Source: a virus (lineage: Duplodnaviria; Caudoviricetes). Taken from it: a DNA stretch of 41,739 nt. This document shows positions 8,448 to 17,373 of this stretch, piece by piece (the stretch's first letter is position 1; every line of letters begins with the position of its first letter). The stretch covers positions 1 to 41,739 of IMG/VR virus record IMGVR_UViG_3300043414_000157; one strand, written 5' to 3'. Position numbers and translations under genes: made by a program. The notes beneath the pieces are model-generated. The model was not told the origin of the DNA, did no database searches, and was given only the letters and a program-made list of their open reading frames with translations.

Positions 8448-9028
8448 TGAAGGTACTTATTGCTTGCGAATACTCAGGCAAGGTGCGCTCAGCTTTTGAG
8501 AAGTTGGGGCACTTTGCTGTGTCTTGTGACCTTTTGCCTACAGAAAAACCTGGTTTTCACTATCAATGTGATGTGTTTGACATCATCAATGAGGGATGGG
8601 ATTTGATGGTGGCACACCCTCCATGCACTGACTTAGCTGTCAGTGGTGCTGCTTGGTTCAAGGAAAAGATAGCGGATGGTAGGCAGCAGAGGGCTTTGGA
8701 TTTTGTCCAAGCTTTGATGGATGCCCCTATTCCTATGATTGCTATTGAAAACCCTATTAGTGTTATCAGTAGTAAGATACGCAAGCCTGACCAAATCATT
8801 CAGCCTTGGATGTTTGGACACAGGGAAACAAAAGCCACCTGTTTGTGGCTTAAGGGCTTGCCTAAGCTTGTCCCTACGACAGACCTAAAAGAGGAGACAA
8901 TGGCTCTACCAAGGAACGAGCGTATGCGTTTGCACTATTTGCCACCAAGTGCAGATAGATGGAAAATACGTAGTGAAACATTCCAAGGCATCGCTGATGC
9001 TATGGCTAACCAATGGGGGAAAGCATGA
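8447..9028 (+). CDS. Small DNA cytosine-C5 methyltransferase-like protein
   Basis: Variant SAM-binding motif I VLIACEYSG, SCDL, catalytic HPPC (motif IV) and IENP (motif VI). Only 193 aa. Confidence 0.8.
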   Translation: MKVLIACEYSGKVRSAFEKLGHFAVSCDLLPTEKPGFHYQCDVFDIINEGWDLMVAHPPCTDLAVSGAAWFKEKIADGRQQRALDFVQALMDAPIPMIAIENPISVISSKIRKPDQIIQPWMFGHRETKATCLWLKGLPKLVPTTDLKEETMALPRNERMRLHYLPPSADRWKIRSETFQGIADAMANQWGKA

Positions 9029-9405
9029 AAGTATTTGTCTACTTCAATTTGCACAAACGTGTCTTCTCTGTGAAGGCATTGGAAGGGGCACAGAAGGGCA
9101 GGGTTATAGGGCACAGAACTATGTTAGCCATAGACAGCCCTGTCTTTAAGGTGTCAGAGGCTGGAAGACAGCGTGTGATACGTGAGAAGCGCAAGAACGT
9201 ACATGCAGGGGTTGTTGGTTTCTTAACAGCCCCTTATGATTGGACTAAGGAGGATGTGTCATGGACTTCTGTGTTGTACAATCCATACGTGTTCTCTTCG
9301 TTTGTCACAATGCTTGGTAAACCTGTGCATAATGCTAGGTTTGCTAGAATGGCAATTCATAATGGTATTCCGTTTGTGGAGGCTGGTAATGCGGAACAGT
9401 GTTAG
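9025..9405 (+). CDS. Conserved hypothetical phage protein
   Basis: MKVFVYFNLHK...FKVSEAGRQRVIREKRKNVHAGVVG, a common phage family of unknown function. ATGA overlap at 9025. Confidence 0.8.
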   Translation: MKVFVYFNLHKRVFSVKALEGAQKGRVIGHRTMLAIDSPVFKVSEAGRQRVIREKRKNVHAGVVGFLTAPYDWTKEDVSWTSVLYNPYVFSSFVTMLGKPVHNARFARMAIHNGIPFVEAGNAEQC

Positions 9406-9490
9406 TGCACTTGGTGTGTTGCTTGTGTATATTCTTGGGTTTATAATTGGTTTGTGTGTTATTAGATTCTTTAAACAAAAGGGGAAATGA
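9389..9490 (+). CDS. Small single-TM peptide (33 aa)
   Basis: GGAGG RBS; MRNSVSALGVLLVYILGFIIGLCVIRFFKQKGK. Confidence 0.6.
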   Translation: MRNSVSALGVLLVYILGFIIGLCVIRFFKQKGK

Positions 9491-9491
9491 A

Positions 9492-9935
9492 ATGGGACTA
9501 GACATGTACTTGACCGCTAAGCGGTATATCTATGACTTCAATGATGATGGCAAGGCTTTGCGTGACCAGCTTGAAGACTTGAAGGTTAATGAGATGCGTG
9601 TGAAAGAAATTTCACACGAGGCTGGCTATTGGCGTAAGGCTAACCACATCCACAAGTGGTTTGTTGATAACGTCCAAGGTGGTGTGGACAACTGCGGTGA
9701 ATATCTTGTGTCTGTCCACGGCTTAGAGAAGCTTCTTGCTTTAGTTAATGAAGTGCTTTCAAATACACAGAAGGCAGAAGAATTGTTGCCAACTACTAAT
9801 GGTTTCTTCTTTGGTAGTGACTTGTATGATGAAGGCTATTATGAAGACTTGATACAGACAAAGGCAATCATAGAGAATGTCTTGTCAATACCTGACATCA
9901 AGTTGTATGATTTCTACTACAGTTCTTCATGGTAA
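9492..9935 (+). CDS. Conserved hypothetical phage protein (MGLDMY / YWRKAN family)
   Basis: MGLDMYL...YWRKANHIHKWFV...DNC...YYSSSW. Start reassigned to 9492. Confidence 0.8.
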   Translation: MGLDMYLTAKRYIYDFNDDGKALRDQLEDLKVNEMRVKEISHEAGYWRKANHIHKWFVDNVQGGVDNCGEYLVSVHGLEKLLALVNEVLSNTQKAEELLPTTNGFFFGSDLYDEGYYEDLIQTKAIIENVLSIPDIKLYDFYYSSSW

Positions 9936-9947
9936 CTAGCCAGTTAC
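9932..9947. promoter_or_regulatory. Palindromic motif copy 6 (GTAACTAGCCAGTTAC)
   Basis: Exact match, overlaps a stop codon, 11 bp upstream of a -35 box. Confidence 0.8.
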
Positions 9948-9958
9948 CTATGATGCCC

Positions 9959-9987
9959 TTGACAGCTTCTTGTATGTGTCATATAAT
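9959..9987 (+). promoter_or_regulatory. Sigma70-type promoter for the replication genes
   Basis: TTGACA-17 nt-TATAAT, perfect consensus. Confidence 0.9.
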
Positions 9988-10032
9988 GAATACATATAAG
10001 AAGCTTCTAGTTAATAATATTAAGGAAAACAT

Positions 10033-10218
10033 ATGAGATGTTATTGTTGTAATGCTGTGTTGTCTGACTTTGAAGCTACACGTAAGAGTGTTCAGAGTGG
10101 TGATTTTATAGATATGTGTAATGGTTGTTTCTCTCATGTCAAAGAAGACATAGATGTTGTAGAGAGACAAGACTTACAACATGCAGATGATGAGGAGATT
10201 GAAGATGATGAACAGTGA
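10033..10218 (+). CDS. Small zinc-finger protein with acidic tail
   Basis: CYCC...CNGC; TAAGGA RBS. Confidence 0.8.
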   Translation: MRCYCCNAVLSDFEATRKSVQSGDFIDMCNGCFSHVKEDIDVVERQDLQHADDEEIEDDEQ

Positions 10219-10405
10219 TGAAAAGATAGAGAGGTTTATGGCCTTCACAGTTGCAGACTGTGTTGAGCTTGTATCTCTTGTCGGTTATGTTAAATTCATG
10301 GAAGCTTTGTATGATGCTCTCTTAACAAAGAAACAATCATTGTCTTTGACACAAGAAGAACTTCAAGAAAGACAACAACACCTTTGGAATGATTGGAAGT
10401 ATTAA
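10205..10405 (+). CDS. Hypothetical protein (~66 aa)
   Basis: GAGGAG upstream. Stop overlaps the primase start (TAATG). Start at 10205 or 10208. Confidence 0.65.
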   Translation: MMNSDEKIERFMAFTVADCVELVSLVGYVKFMEALYDALLTKKQSLSLTQEELQERQQHLWNDWKY

Positions 10406-12009
10406 TGGCTTTTGTTAAAACACACCAGCCCTGTTTGTCTTGTGACAGCAGTGATGGCATGTCAGTTAATGAGGATGGGTCAACCTATTGCTTTGTATGC
10501 AACACACATACAAAGCCAACGAATGAAGGATATATGCAGAGTGCGATAGCAAAGCCTGTTGATGGGGCTGTAAATTCCATTAGAACTTCTTTCCAGACAT
10601 TGGCTACACCAGCCATTGGAAGCAGACGCATAAGCAGAAGCACTGTTGAGAAGTATGGTGTTGTCTCAGATGCCACACATGTTTGGTTTCCATACTACGA
10701 TGCTGAAGGTAAGCTGTTTGCAACAAAGAAGCGTAGCATCAAGGAGAAGAAGTTTGCCATTGAGGGAGATTGGAAAGCTACGTGTTTGTTTGGTCAGCAA
10801 CTCTTCACCAAGGGAGGAAAGTATTTAACCATTGTTGAGGGAGAGTATGATGCCCTTGCTGTGTTCCAGATGCTTGGTTCTAAGTGGCCTGTTGTCTCTG
10901 TACGCAATGGTGCAGGAGGTGCAGCAAAGGATGCAAAGGAACATTACGAGTGGCTCAATAGCTTTGAGAACATTGTTGTCTGCTTTGATAACGATGAACA
11001 AGGGAAGCAGGGAGCAAACCAACTGTGCTCTATTCTTGGCTCAAAGGTGAAGGTAATGAAGGGAGTTGATGGCCTCAAGGATGGGTGCGATTGGCTCTTG
11101 GCAGGGAAAGAGAAGGAGTTTATTGATAGATGGTGGGCTGCTGAGAAGCACATCCCTGATGGAATTGTTGCTGGCTCCACATTGTGGGAACAGGTGTCAA
11201 AACCATTGGAGGAGGCAGAGGTTGCCTATCCATTTGATGGCCTTAACAAGCTCACCTATGGCATACGTAAGGGAGAACTTGTCACTGTCACTGCTGGCTC
11301 AGGCTTGGGAAAGAGTCAGTTTTTGCGTGAGCTTATATGGCACATCCTATCTAAGACACAGGACAATATTGGCTTGATGTTCTTAGAGGAGAGTGTTCGT
11401 AAGACAGGCACATCTATCATGTCACTGGCTGCAAACAAGCCCTTGCATCTTCCTGATTGTGATGCTACAATAGAAGAGAAGAGGGCAGCTTTTGATGCCA
11501 CTCTTGGTACAGATAGGTTGTATATGTTTGACCACTTTGGTAGCACAGACATACAGAACATTGTTAAGAGGACAGAGGAGTTTGCCAATGCCTTTGGTTG
11601 TGGCTATGTATTCCTTGACCACGTATCAATTGTTGTAAGTTCACAACAGAATGGTGACGAGCGTAAGGCTTTGGATACAATCATGACTGAGCTTCGTACC
11701 TTGGTACAGAGGACAGGCATTAGCCTAGTGCTTGTAAGCCATTTAAAGAGGCCTGATGGTGGCAAAGGACACGAGGAAGGGGTAGCTACTACACTGGCTC
11801 AGTTACGTGGCTCTGGTTCCATTGCTCAACTCTCTGATATGGTACTTGGTCTTGAGCGTAATGGTCAGGCAGACGATGAGAAGGAACGCAACACCACAAA
11901 GGTGCGTGTTCTAAAGAATAGATTCTCTGGCCTTACAGGACATGCTTGTAACCTTGTGTATAGCAAGTACACTGGACGCATGGTTGAAACAGAGGATGAG
12001 AAGCTGTGA
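10405..12009 (+). CDS. T7 gp4-like DNA primase-helicase
   Basis: Zn finger CLSC...CFVC, TOPRIM (VEGEYDAL, FDNDEQG), SF4 helicase Walker A GSGLGKS, LDHVSI, LRGSGSIAQLSD, KNRFSG. Confidence 0.96.
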   Translation: MAFVKTHQPCLSCDSSDGMSVNEDGSTYCFVCNTHTKPTNEGYMQSAIAKPVDGAVNSIRTSFQTLATPAIGSRRISRSTVEKYGVVSDATHVWFPYYDAEGKLFATKKRSIKEKKFAIEGDWKATCLFGQQLFTKGGKYLTIVEGEYDALAVFQMLGSKWPVVSVRNGAGGAAKDAKEHYEWLNSFENIVVCFDNDEQGKQGANQLCSILGSKVKVMKGVDGLKDGCDWLLAGKEKEFIDRWWAAEKHIPDGIVAGSTLWEQVSKPLEEAEVAYPFDGLNKLTYGIRKGELVTVTAGSGLGKSQFLRELIWHILSKTQDNIGLMFLEESVRKTGTSIMSLAANKPLHLPDCDATIEEKRAAFDATLGTDRLYMFDHFGSTDIQNIVKRTEEFANAFGCGYVFLDHVSIVVSSQQNGDERKALDTIMTELRTLVQRTGISLVLVSHLKRPDGGKGHEEGVATTLAQLRGSGSIAQLSDMVLGLERNGQADDEKERNTTKVRVLKNRFSGLTGHACNLVYSKYTGRMVETEDEKL

Positions 12010-12035
12010 GAAAACGACAAATCTTAAGGACTAAC

Positions 12036-12290
12036 ATGGATAGTATATTGATAGATGTTTGTGACTTTCCCTCACTGTGTAATCGTGAGGACTTCTTTGA
12101 GAAACATCCTGATGCCACTGATATTCTAATTGAGTTTGATTGGGAAGAGCCTGACTATTCTGTTGGCTTTATTGGTGGCTACTTCTGGAATGCATTCACT
12201 AATGGCAAAGACATTACATACTTCTTATCTTACAAAGATACAAAGTTTGTTGATGATGCTTTGCGTTCATATGATGAGGTGCACATATGA
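12036..12290 (+). CDS. Hypothetical acidic protein
   Basis: TAAGGA RBS before the ATG at 12036 (track start 12006); contains WEEPDYSVG. Confidence 0.65.
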   Translation: MDSILIDVCDFPSLCNREDFFEKHPDATDILIEFDWEEPDYSVGFIGGYFWNAFTNGKDITYFLSYKDTKFVDDALRSYDEVHI

Positions 12291-12433
12291 GTGCGTGGTT
12301 GATAGCCTTCATTGGTGTGGTGTATACTGTCGTTGCTGTAAACCTCATACTAACAGGGAAGACAGGTCTTGGTATTGCCTTCATTGGTTATGCCTTGGGT
12401 AATGTTGGTTTGTTTATGGAAGCTAGGCTATGA
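12287..12433 (+). CDS. Small two-TM membrane protein (48 aa, not in track)
   Basis: MSAWLIAFIGVVYTVVAVNLILTGKTGLGIAFIGYALGNVGLFMEARL; ATGA overlaps at both ends. Confidence 0.75.
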   Translation: MSAWLIAFIGVVYTVVAVNLILTGKTGLGIAFIGYALGNVGLFMEARL

Positions 12434-13146
12434 TTTTTCTAATAAAGAAACGTAAGCTAGTTCTTGATTTGTTTACATGCCAACAGCAAATATTTAATGC
12501 TGCAAAACCAAAGGCGGCCTCACAGTTTTTTCCAGATTGGTGGAAAGAGTTGAAGACACAGATGCCTAACAGTCATGTAGTGCCTCAGCCTACAATGAAA
12601 AGATGTATGGGGTTTGTTGACCACTTTAAACATGGAATCATTATTCCAATGTGGTCTGACTTTAGGGTTGAACTTGGTGAGCTTGGAACGCAGACACACT
12701 TTGCAATTACATCTGATGGCTACACTCCAATAGCACAGCATCCAACAAATCAGCGAGGTAGTTTTGCTCCTCCAGATAAATACTGTAACCTTAAACTTGA
12801 AAGTCCTTGGGCTGCAAGATGTAAGGAAGATGTATATTTCAAATGGGAACAGCCTACATGGAACATGAACAACTTGTCTGCATATGTAGTGCTACCAGCT
12901 ACAGTGGAGTTTGTGTATCAGCATTCAATCAATGTACATTTAATGTTTCCACGCACAACAAGCAAGGATATTCGTGAGATAAAGTTTGGTACTCCACTTG
13001 TACACATGACACCACTAACTGAGCGAGAGCTTGACTTGAGGTATCATATTGTTACACCAACTGAGTTTAGTAACTTTCAATTTGGTAAGAGACTAACATT
13101 TTTAAATGCGTATAAAACATATCAAAGAGCTAGGGGTGAAGCATGA
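12430..13146 (+). CDS. Conserved phage protein, possibly trimeric dUTPase-like fold (DUF6065-like)
   Basis: PDWWK...TMKRC.GF.D...GIIIPMWSD...KLESPW...GTPLVHM.P pattern. The fold assignment is from memory. Confidence 0.55.
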   Translation: MIFLIKKRKLVLDLFTCQQQIFNAAKPKAASQFFPDWWKELKTQMPNSHVVPQPTMKRCMGFVDHFKHGIIIPMWSDFRVELGELGTQTHFAITSDGYTPIAQHPTNQRGSFAPPDKYCNLKLESPWAARCKEDVYFKWEQPTWNMNNLSAYVVLPATVEFVYQHSINVHLMFPRTTSKDIREIKFGTPLVHMTPLTERELDLRYHIVTPTEFSNFQFGKRLTFLNAYKTYQRARGEA

Positions 13147-13226
13147 AATTTGAAATCATTATTGCATTGCTGTTCACCATTGGCGCAACTGTTTGGATTG
13201 CATATTTGACGCAGGGGATGACATGA
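13143..13226 (+). CDS. Small single-TM peptide (27 aa, not in track)
   Basis: MKFEIIIALLFTIGATVWIAYLTQGMT; ATGA overlaps at both ends. Confidence 0.65.
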   Translation: MKFEIIIALLFTIGATVWIAYLTQGMT

Positions 13227-13597
13227 TTGAAGCATTGAAGCTGGCGCTTGAGGCGTTGGAAAGTATTAACAAAATGGTTGATTATGAAGGTAACGACTTT
13301 AGATTAGAAGTCGAAATCACCGCCATCAAAGAAGCCTTGGCACAGCCAGAGCAAGAGCCTGTAGCGTATTTATCCAAGAAACGACAACGTCTAAACATTG
13401 AAATCAAGCCGCAGACGTTTGTGGAAATACCGACAGTAACTGATTGGGAGATGCCGCTTTACATGAAGCCACCACAGCGCACATGGGAAGGACTGAGTGT
13501 GTTTGAGATAAACGATCTTGTGGAAAGCACAGAGTACGAAGACTATCAAGATTTAGTTGAAAGAACAGAAGCCAAACTCAAGGAGAAGAACATATGA
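13223..13597 (+). CDS. Hypothetical mosaic phage protein (LKLALEALE / AQPEQEPVA / PPQRTW type)
   Basis: Recurrent motif set of proteobacterial phage accessory proteins. Start reassigned to 13223. Confidence 0.7.
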   Translation: MIEALKLALEALESINKMVDYEGNDFRLEVEITAIKEALAQPEQEPVAYLSKKRQRLNIEIKPQTFVEIPTVTDWEMPLYMKPPQRTWEGLSVFEINDLVESTEYEDYQDLVERTEAKLKEKNI

Positions 13598-13860
13598 AAT
13601 TAACAATTGAAGGTACATTAGCACAACGTCAAGACACCTATGGTGACTACAAAGATGTTTCCCGAACAGCACAAGACTTAAAACAAATTGTACGTACACG
13701 TGGAAATTGGCATGATATGTCACCACCTATGCAAGAAAGCATGGACATGATTTGTAATAAGATGGCTCGCATTCTTAATGGCAACCCTTATTATCCAGAC
13801 AGTTGGCATGACATCTCAGGATATGCTACACTTGTGGTTAAGGAACTAGGACATGAATAA
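13594..13860 (+). CDS. DUF6378-like protein (possibly nucleotide metabolism-associated)
   Basis: TL.QR...YGDY...KMARILNG...DSWHDISGYA; directly upstream of the DNA polymerase. Confidence 0.7.
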   Translation: MKLTIEGTLAQRQDTYGDYKDVSRTAQDLKQIVRTRGNWHDMSPPMQESMDMICNKMARILNGNPYYPDSWHDISGYATLVVKELGHE

Positions 13861-13869
13861 GGAAACAAA

Positions 13870-15573
13870 ATGCGGAGGCTCTTTCTAGATACAGAAACTA
13901 ATAGCACACACAATCACATATGGTGCTGTTACACGTATAACGAAGATGGATATGTATGTCACACAGAAGCAACTACACTCATTCCCTTAATAGAAAACTC
14001 AGACAAAGTGATAGGACACAACTTGATAGGCTTCGATGCTGGAGTGTTGAAGAGGTGTTGGGGAGTGAAGATACCAGCAAAGAAAGCGATAGATACATTG
14101 ATACTATCCAGACTATACAATCCAAATTTAGAAGGAGGCCACAGCTTAGCAGCGTGGGGAGAGAGGACAGGACAAAAGAAAACTGACTATGCCCAAGCAT
14201 ATGTAGACAAGACAGGGTTACTAGCAAGTAACCGATGGGACAATCCAGACCTTGAGTTGTTGTTTGAATATTGCAAGGATGATGTTGCTGCCTTAGTTGC
14301 AACATACGACATGGTTACTAAGATGCTGGATAAAGAACAGTTCTCAGAGCAAAGCATAAAGCTTGAGCATAACGTTGCAATCATCATTCAGAAACAGAAA
14401 GAACATGGTTTTAAACTGGACATTAAGAAAGCTCAGGGCTTGTTGGCTATGCTTCAAAGTAAGATGGTGGACATTGAGAACACCATGCAAGAAGTGTTCC
14501 CTCCATATGTTGAAACAGGAAGGAAGAACAAGAGGACAGGAGCACCATTAAAAGATATTGTCACACCTTTTAATCCTGGAAGTAGGCAACAAATTGCTGA
14601 GCGTCTTGAGAAGATTGGCGTTAAGTTTACGAAGAAGACAGAGAAGGGAAGTGTGATTGTTGATGAGACAGTGCTTGTTTCTATTGACTTACCAGAGACT
14701 AAACTTCTTTCTGAATACCTCATGCTACAAAAGCGTGTGGCTCAGATTGGTAGCTGGCTTGAGGAGGTAAGAGATACAGGCAGGGTACATGGTAGTGTGA
14801 TAACCAATGGTGCTGTCACTGGTAGGATGACACACAGCAGCCCTAATATGGCACAGGTTCCCAACAAGGGAAGCCCTTATGGTGAAGACTGTCGTGAGTT
14901 GTGGATTGTAGATGAAGGCAATGTCCTTGTTGGTGCTGATGCCAGTGGCCTTGAGCTACGAATGCTGGCTCACTACATGAAGGACGATGCCTATATTAAA
15001 ACTGTTTGTGAAGGAAGTTCAAAAGATGGCACTGACGTACACACTCAAAACCAAAAGGCAGCGGGTCTTGCGACAAGGGATGAAGCAAAGACGTTCATAT
15101 ACGCCTTTCTCTATGGTGCAGGGGCGGATAAGATTGGTAAAATTGTCGGTGGTAATGCTCGTGATGGACAGAAGCTTATCGAAAGTTTTCTTTCAAACAC
15201 TCCCGCCCTCAAGGTATTACGCAATAACGTATCCAAGTATGCGAGCAAGGGCTTTGTACCGGGGTTGGATGGTAGAAAAATTTGGGTACGTTCCGAACAT
15301 TCAGCAGTTAATAGCCTATTGCAAGGGGCTGGAGCAATCGTAATGAAACAGGCTTTAGTCTTGTTAGATGAGAAGCTAAGGAAGAGTAAGATTTGGTATG
15401 GCTTTTGTGTCAATGTCCATGATGAGTGGCAGATTGAAACAAAAGAAAAAGATGGCGAGCTTGTAGGAAATCTCGCAGTGCAGAGCATACAAGAGGCAGG
15501 AGTTCTTCTTGGCTTACGTTGCCCTGTCACTGGAGAGTTTAATACAGGTAAGACATGGCGTGACACACATTGA
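13870..15573 (+). CDS. polA: Family A (T7-like) DNA polymerase with 3'-5' exonuclease
   Basis: ExoI DTETN, ExoII GHNLIGFD, motif A DASGLELR, motif B RDEAKTFIYAFLYG (Tyr at the 762-equivalent position, as in T7), motif C VHDE. Confidence 0.97.
   Translation: MRRLFLDTETNSTHNHIWCCYTYNEDGYVCHTEATTLIPLIENSDKVIGHNLIGFDAGVLKRCWGVKIPAKKAIDTLILSRLYNPNLEGGHSLAAWGERTGQKKTDYAQAYVDKTGLLASNRWDNPDLELLFEYCKDDVAALVATYDMVTKMLDKEQFSEQSIKLEHNVAIIIQKQKEHGFKLDIKKAQGLLAMLQSKMVDIENTMQEVFPPYVETGRKNKRTGAPLKDIVTPFNPGSRQQIAERLEKIGVKFTKKTEKGSVIVDETVLVSIDLPETKLLSEYLMLQKRVAQIGSWLEEVRDTGRVHGSVITNGAVTGRMTHSSPNMAQVPNKGSPYGEDCRELWIVDEGNVLVGADASGLELRMLAHYMKDDAYIKTVCEGSSKDGTDVHTQNQKAAGLATRDEAKTFIYAFLYGAGADKIGKIVGGNARDGQKLIESFLSNTPALKVLRNNVSKYASKGFVPGLDGRKIWVRSEHSAVNSLLQGAGAIVMKQALVLLDEKLRKSKIWYGFCVNVHDEWQIETKEKDGELVGNLAVQSIQEAGVLLGLRCPVTGEFNTGKTWRDTH
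14217..14232. promoter_or_regulatory. Palindromic motif copy 7, inside the polymerase gene (GTTACTAGCAAGTAAC)
   Basis: 17/17 identical to the copy at 6289-6305. Confidence 0.75.
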
Positions 15574-15588
15574 AAAATGTGTTATAAT
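15560..15588 (+). promoter_or_regulatory. Sigma70-type promoter upstream of SSB
   Basis: GTGACA-17 nt-TATAAT with extended -10 TG. The spacer carries the inverted repeat ACACATT-gaaa-AATGTGT. Confidence 0.75.
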
Positions 15589-15613
15589 ATTGTTTTTAGA
15601 CAAAGGAAAAAGT

Positions 15614-16054
15614 ATGAACCAAGTTAAAGTAGTGGGTAAATTGTTTTGGGCTAAGCATATGGAAGTCCCAAATCGGGAGTTCAATGCAGATAACAATCGC
15701 TTTGAGATTTGTATCGGTGGCCTGAGTGATTCCATTGCACAGCGCCTTACATCAGAGCTTGGTGTTAAGGTGAAAGAGAAACCAGATGACAAGTATGGAC
15801 GTGGTAAATACATCATCGTCAAGAGTAACTATGTCATCAAAGCTCTTGATGAAGACAATGGTCTTGTCTCTCCTGACCTGATTGGTAATGGCACTGTTGC
15901 AGAAGCAACCATTAGTAGCTATACACATAAGATGTCAGCTATGCATGGTAATGCTCCTTCATTGATGCATAGCCAGACTAATCCTGCCTTGCGTATTCGT
16001 GAGCTTGTGGCTCCTCCTGTACAACAGGAAGAAGAAGCAGAAGTAGACCTATAA
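15614..16054 (+). CDS. Single-stranded DNA-binding protein (T7 gp2.5-like)
   Basis: Lies between polymerase and exonuclease. GKLFWA, IGNGT.A and an acidic C-terminal tail EEEAEVDL. AAGGA RBS. Confidence 0.8.
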   Translation: MNQVKVVGKLFWAKHMEVPNREFNADNNRFEICIGGLSDSIAQRLTSELGVKVKEKPDDKYGRGKYIIVKSNYVIKALDEDNGLVSPDLIGNGTVAEATISSYTHKMSAMHGNAPSLMHSQTNPALRIRELVAPPVQQEEEAEVDL

Positions 16055-16749
16055 TGATTGCTCTCGTAGATGGTGATGTGATGTGCTATCGCATTGCCTT
16101 CTCTTGTAAGGATGACTCAGAAAGCCAAGCCATTACAACGATGGCTAACTTTCTTGAGGACATCCTTATGAATCAACTAGGCCTTGAGAATTGGGAAGTG
16201 TTCCTAACAGGAAAGACCAACTTCAGAAAAGACATAGCGATTACTGCCCCTTATAAAGGGAACAGAACACAAGAGAAGCCAGCACATTTAGAGATGCTAC
16301 GTAACTACCTAGTTACCGCATGGAGTGCAGAGATGAGCATTGAGGAAGAAGCTGATGACTTGATAGCAATACGAGCAACAGAACTTCAAGACGATTGCAT
16401 CATTGTTTCAGTGGATAAAGACTTCAATCAGGTAGCAGGATGGCATTACAATTTTGTGAAGCAAGACAAGTACTTTGTTTCAGAAGAACAAGGACTCCGA
16501 TTCTTTTACAAGCAGATGTTGATGGGCGACAGAGCAGACAACATTGTGGGTATCAAGGGAGTGGGAGATGTGAAAGCAACAAAGATGCTTGCCAAAGCGA
16601 AGACAGAAAGCGAGATGCTTGCAGTTTGCTTGGAGGCTCTGGGCGAAGAGAGGGTTAAAGAGAATGGACTTTTATTATGGCTAAGACGATTCCCAAATCA
16701 GATGTGGTTCCCTCCAGTTTCTGGCTCGGAGGTTGCGAATGGACAGTAG
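16054..16749 (+). CDS. 5'-3' exonuclease (T7 gp6/RNase H-like)
   Basis: LVDGD, NFRK...YKGNR, EADD, SVDKDF, GDRADNIVGIKGVG. Confidence 0.95.
   Translation: MIALVDGDVMCYRIAFSCKDDSESQAITTMANFLEDILMNQLGLENWEVFLTGKTNFRKDIAITAPYKGNRTQEKPAHLEMLRNYLVTAWSAEMSIEEEADDLIAIRATELQDDCIIVSVDKDFNQVAGWHYNFVKQDKYFVSEEQGLRFFYKQMLMGDRADNIVGIKGVGDVKATKMLAKAKTESEMLAVCLEALGEERVKENGLLLWLRRFPNQMWFPPVSGSEVANGQ
16301..16316. promoter_or_regulatory. Palindromic motif copy 8, inside the exonuclease gene (GTAACTACCTAGTTAC)
   Basis: Exact match. Confidence 0.7.
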
Positions 16750-16964
16750 TTTATGTCGATGAGTTCCAAGACTTTGGTACATGTGATCCGGGTAAGTATG
16801 AAATATTAATACGCTCTAACATGAACGAACAAGCAACGAGAGCTACATTCTTTCATGAGCTTGTACATGCAATTAAATTTACAATGGGAGAAGTAGGCCA
16901 CGATGAAAAAGAAGTTGAAGGATTTGCCAATCTCCTCTGTCAGTGGTACAGAACCAAAGTGTAA
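16677..16964 (+). CDS. Small zincin-like (HExxH) metallopeptidase-fold protein
   Basis: TFFHELVHAI...HDEKEVEGFA; overlaps both neighbours. Confidence 0.7.
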   Translation: MAKTIPKSDVVPSSFWLGGCEWTVVYVDEFQDFGTCDPGKYEILIRSNMNEQATRATFFHELVHAIKFTMGEVGHDEKEVEGFANLLCQWYRTKV

Positions 16965-17373
16965 CGATGGAGAATGGACAGCCTCAAGGTTCAGAAGCTT
17001 TGTTATCTCAGCCTTAAGAACAGCCACACGTAGATGGCCTCCAAAGTTTAAAGCTTTGAAGGCTGCTTATGTGGGAAGGAAGACTAACAAGAAGACTAAC
17101 AAGATGGCAATGCACTATGCCTGTGCTAGTTGTGCTGTTCACTTCGTTGCAAAGGATGTTCAAGTTGACCACATCTTCCCTGTTGTTAATCCAAAGACAG
17201 GCTTTGTTGATTGGGAAACATACATCAATAGACTATTCTGTGAGAAAGAAAACTTACAGGTATTATGTAAACCTTGTCATTCAGAGAAGACAGCTTTAGA
17301 GAAATTACAAAGGAAAGATAATGGGAAGACCAAAGAAAGTACAGGCAGAGCAAGTAGAACCAAGCACCAATGA
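16903..17373 (+). CDS. HNH endonuclease
   Basis: CASC...VQVDHIFPVV...ENLQVLCKPCH..KT. Confidence 0.88.
   Translation: MKKKLKDLPISSVSGTEPKCNDGEWTASRFRSFVISALRTATRRWPPKFKALKAAYVGRKTNKKTNKMAMHYACASCAVHFVAKDVQVDHIFPVVNPKTGFVDWETYINRLFCEKENLQVLCKPCHSEKTALEKLQRKDNGKTKESTGRASRTKHQ

Noticed and set aside
13594-15573. Z-genome (2-aminoadenine) or 7-deazaguanine modification system
   Set aside because: No PurZ, DatZ, DpdA, FolE or QueC/D/E-like genes were recognised.
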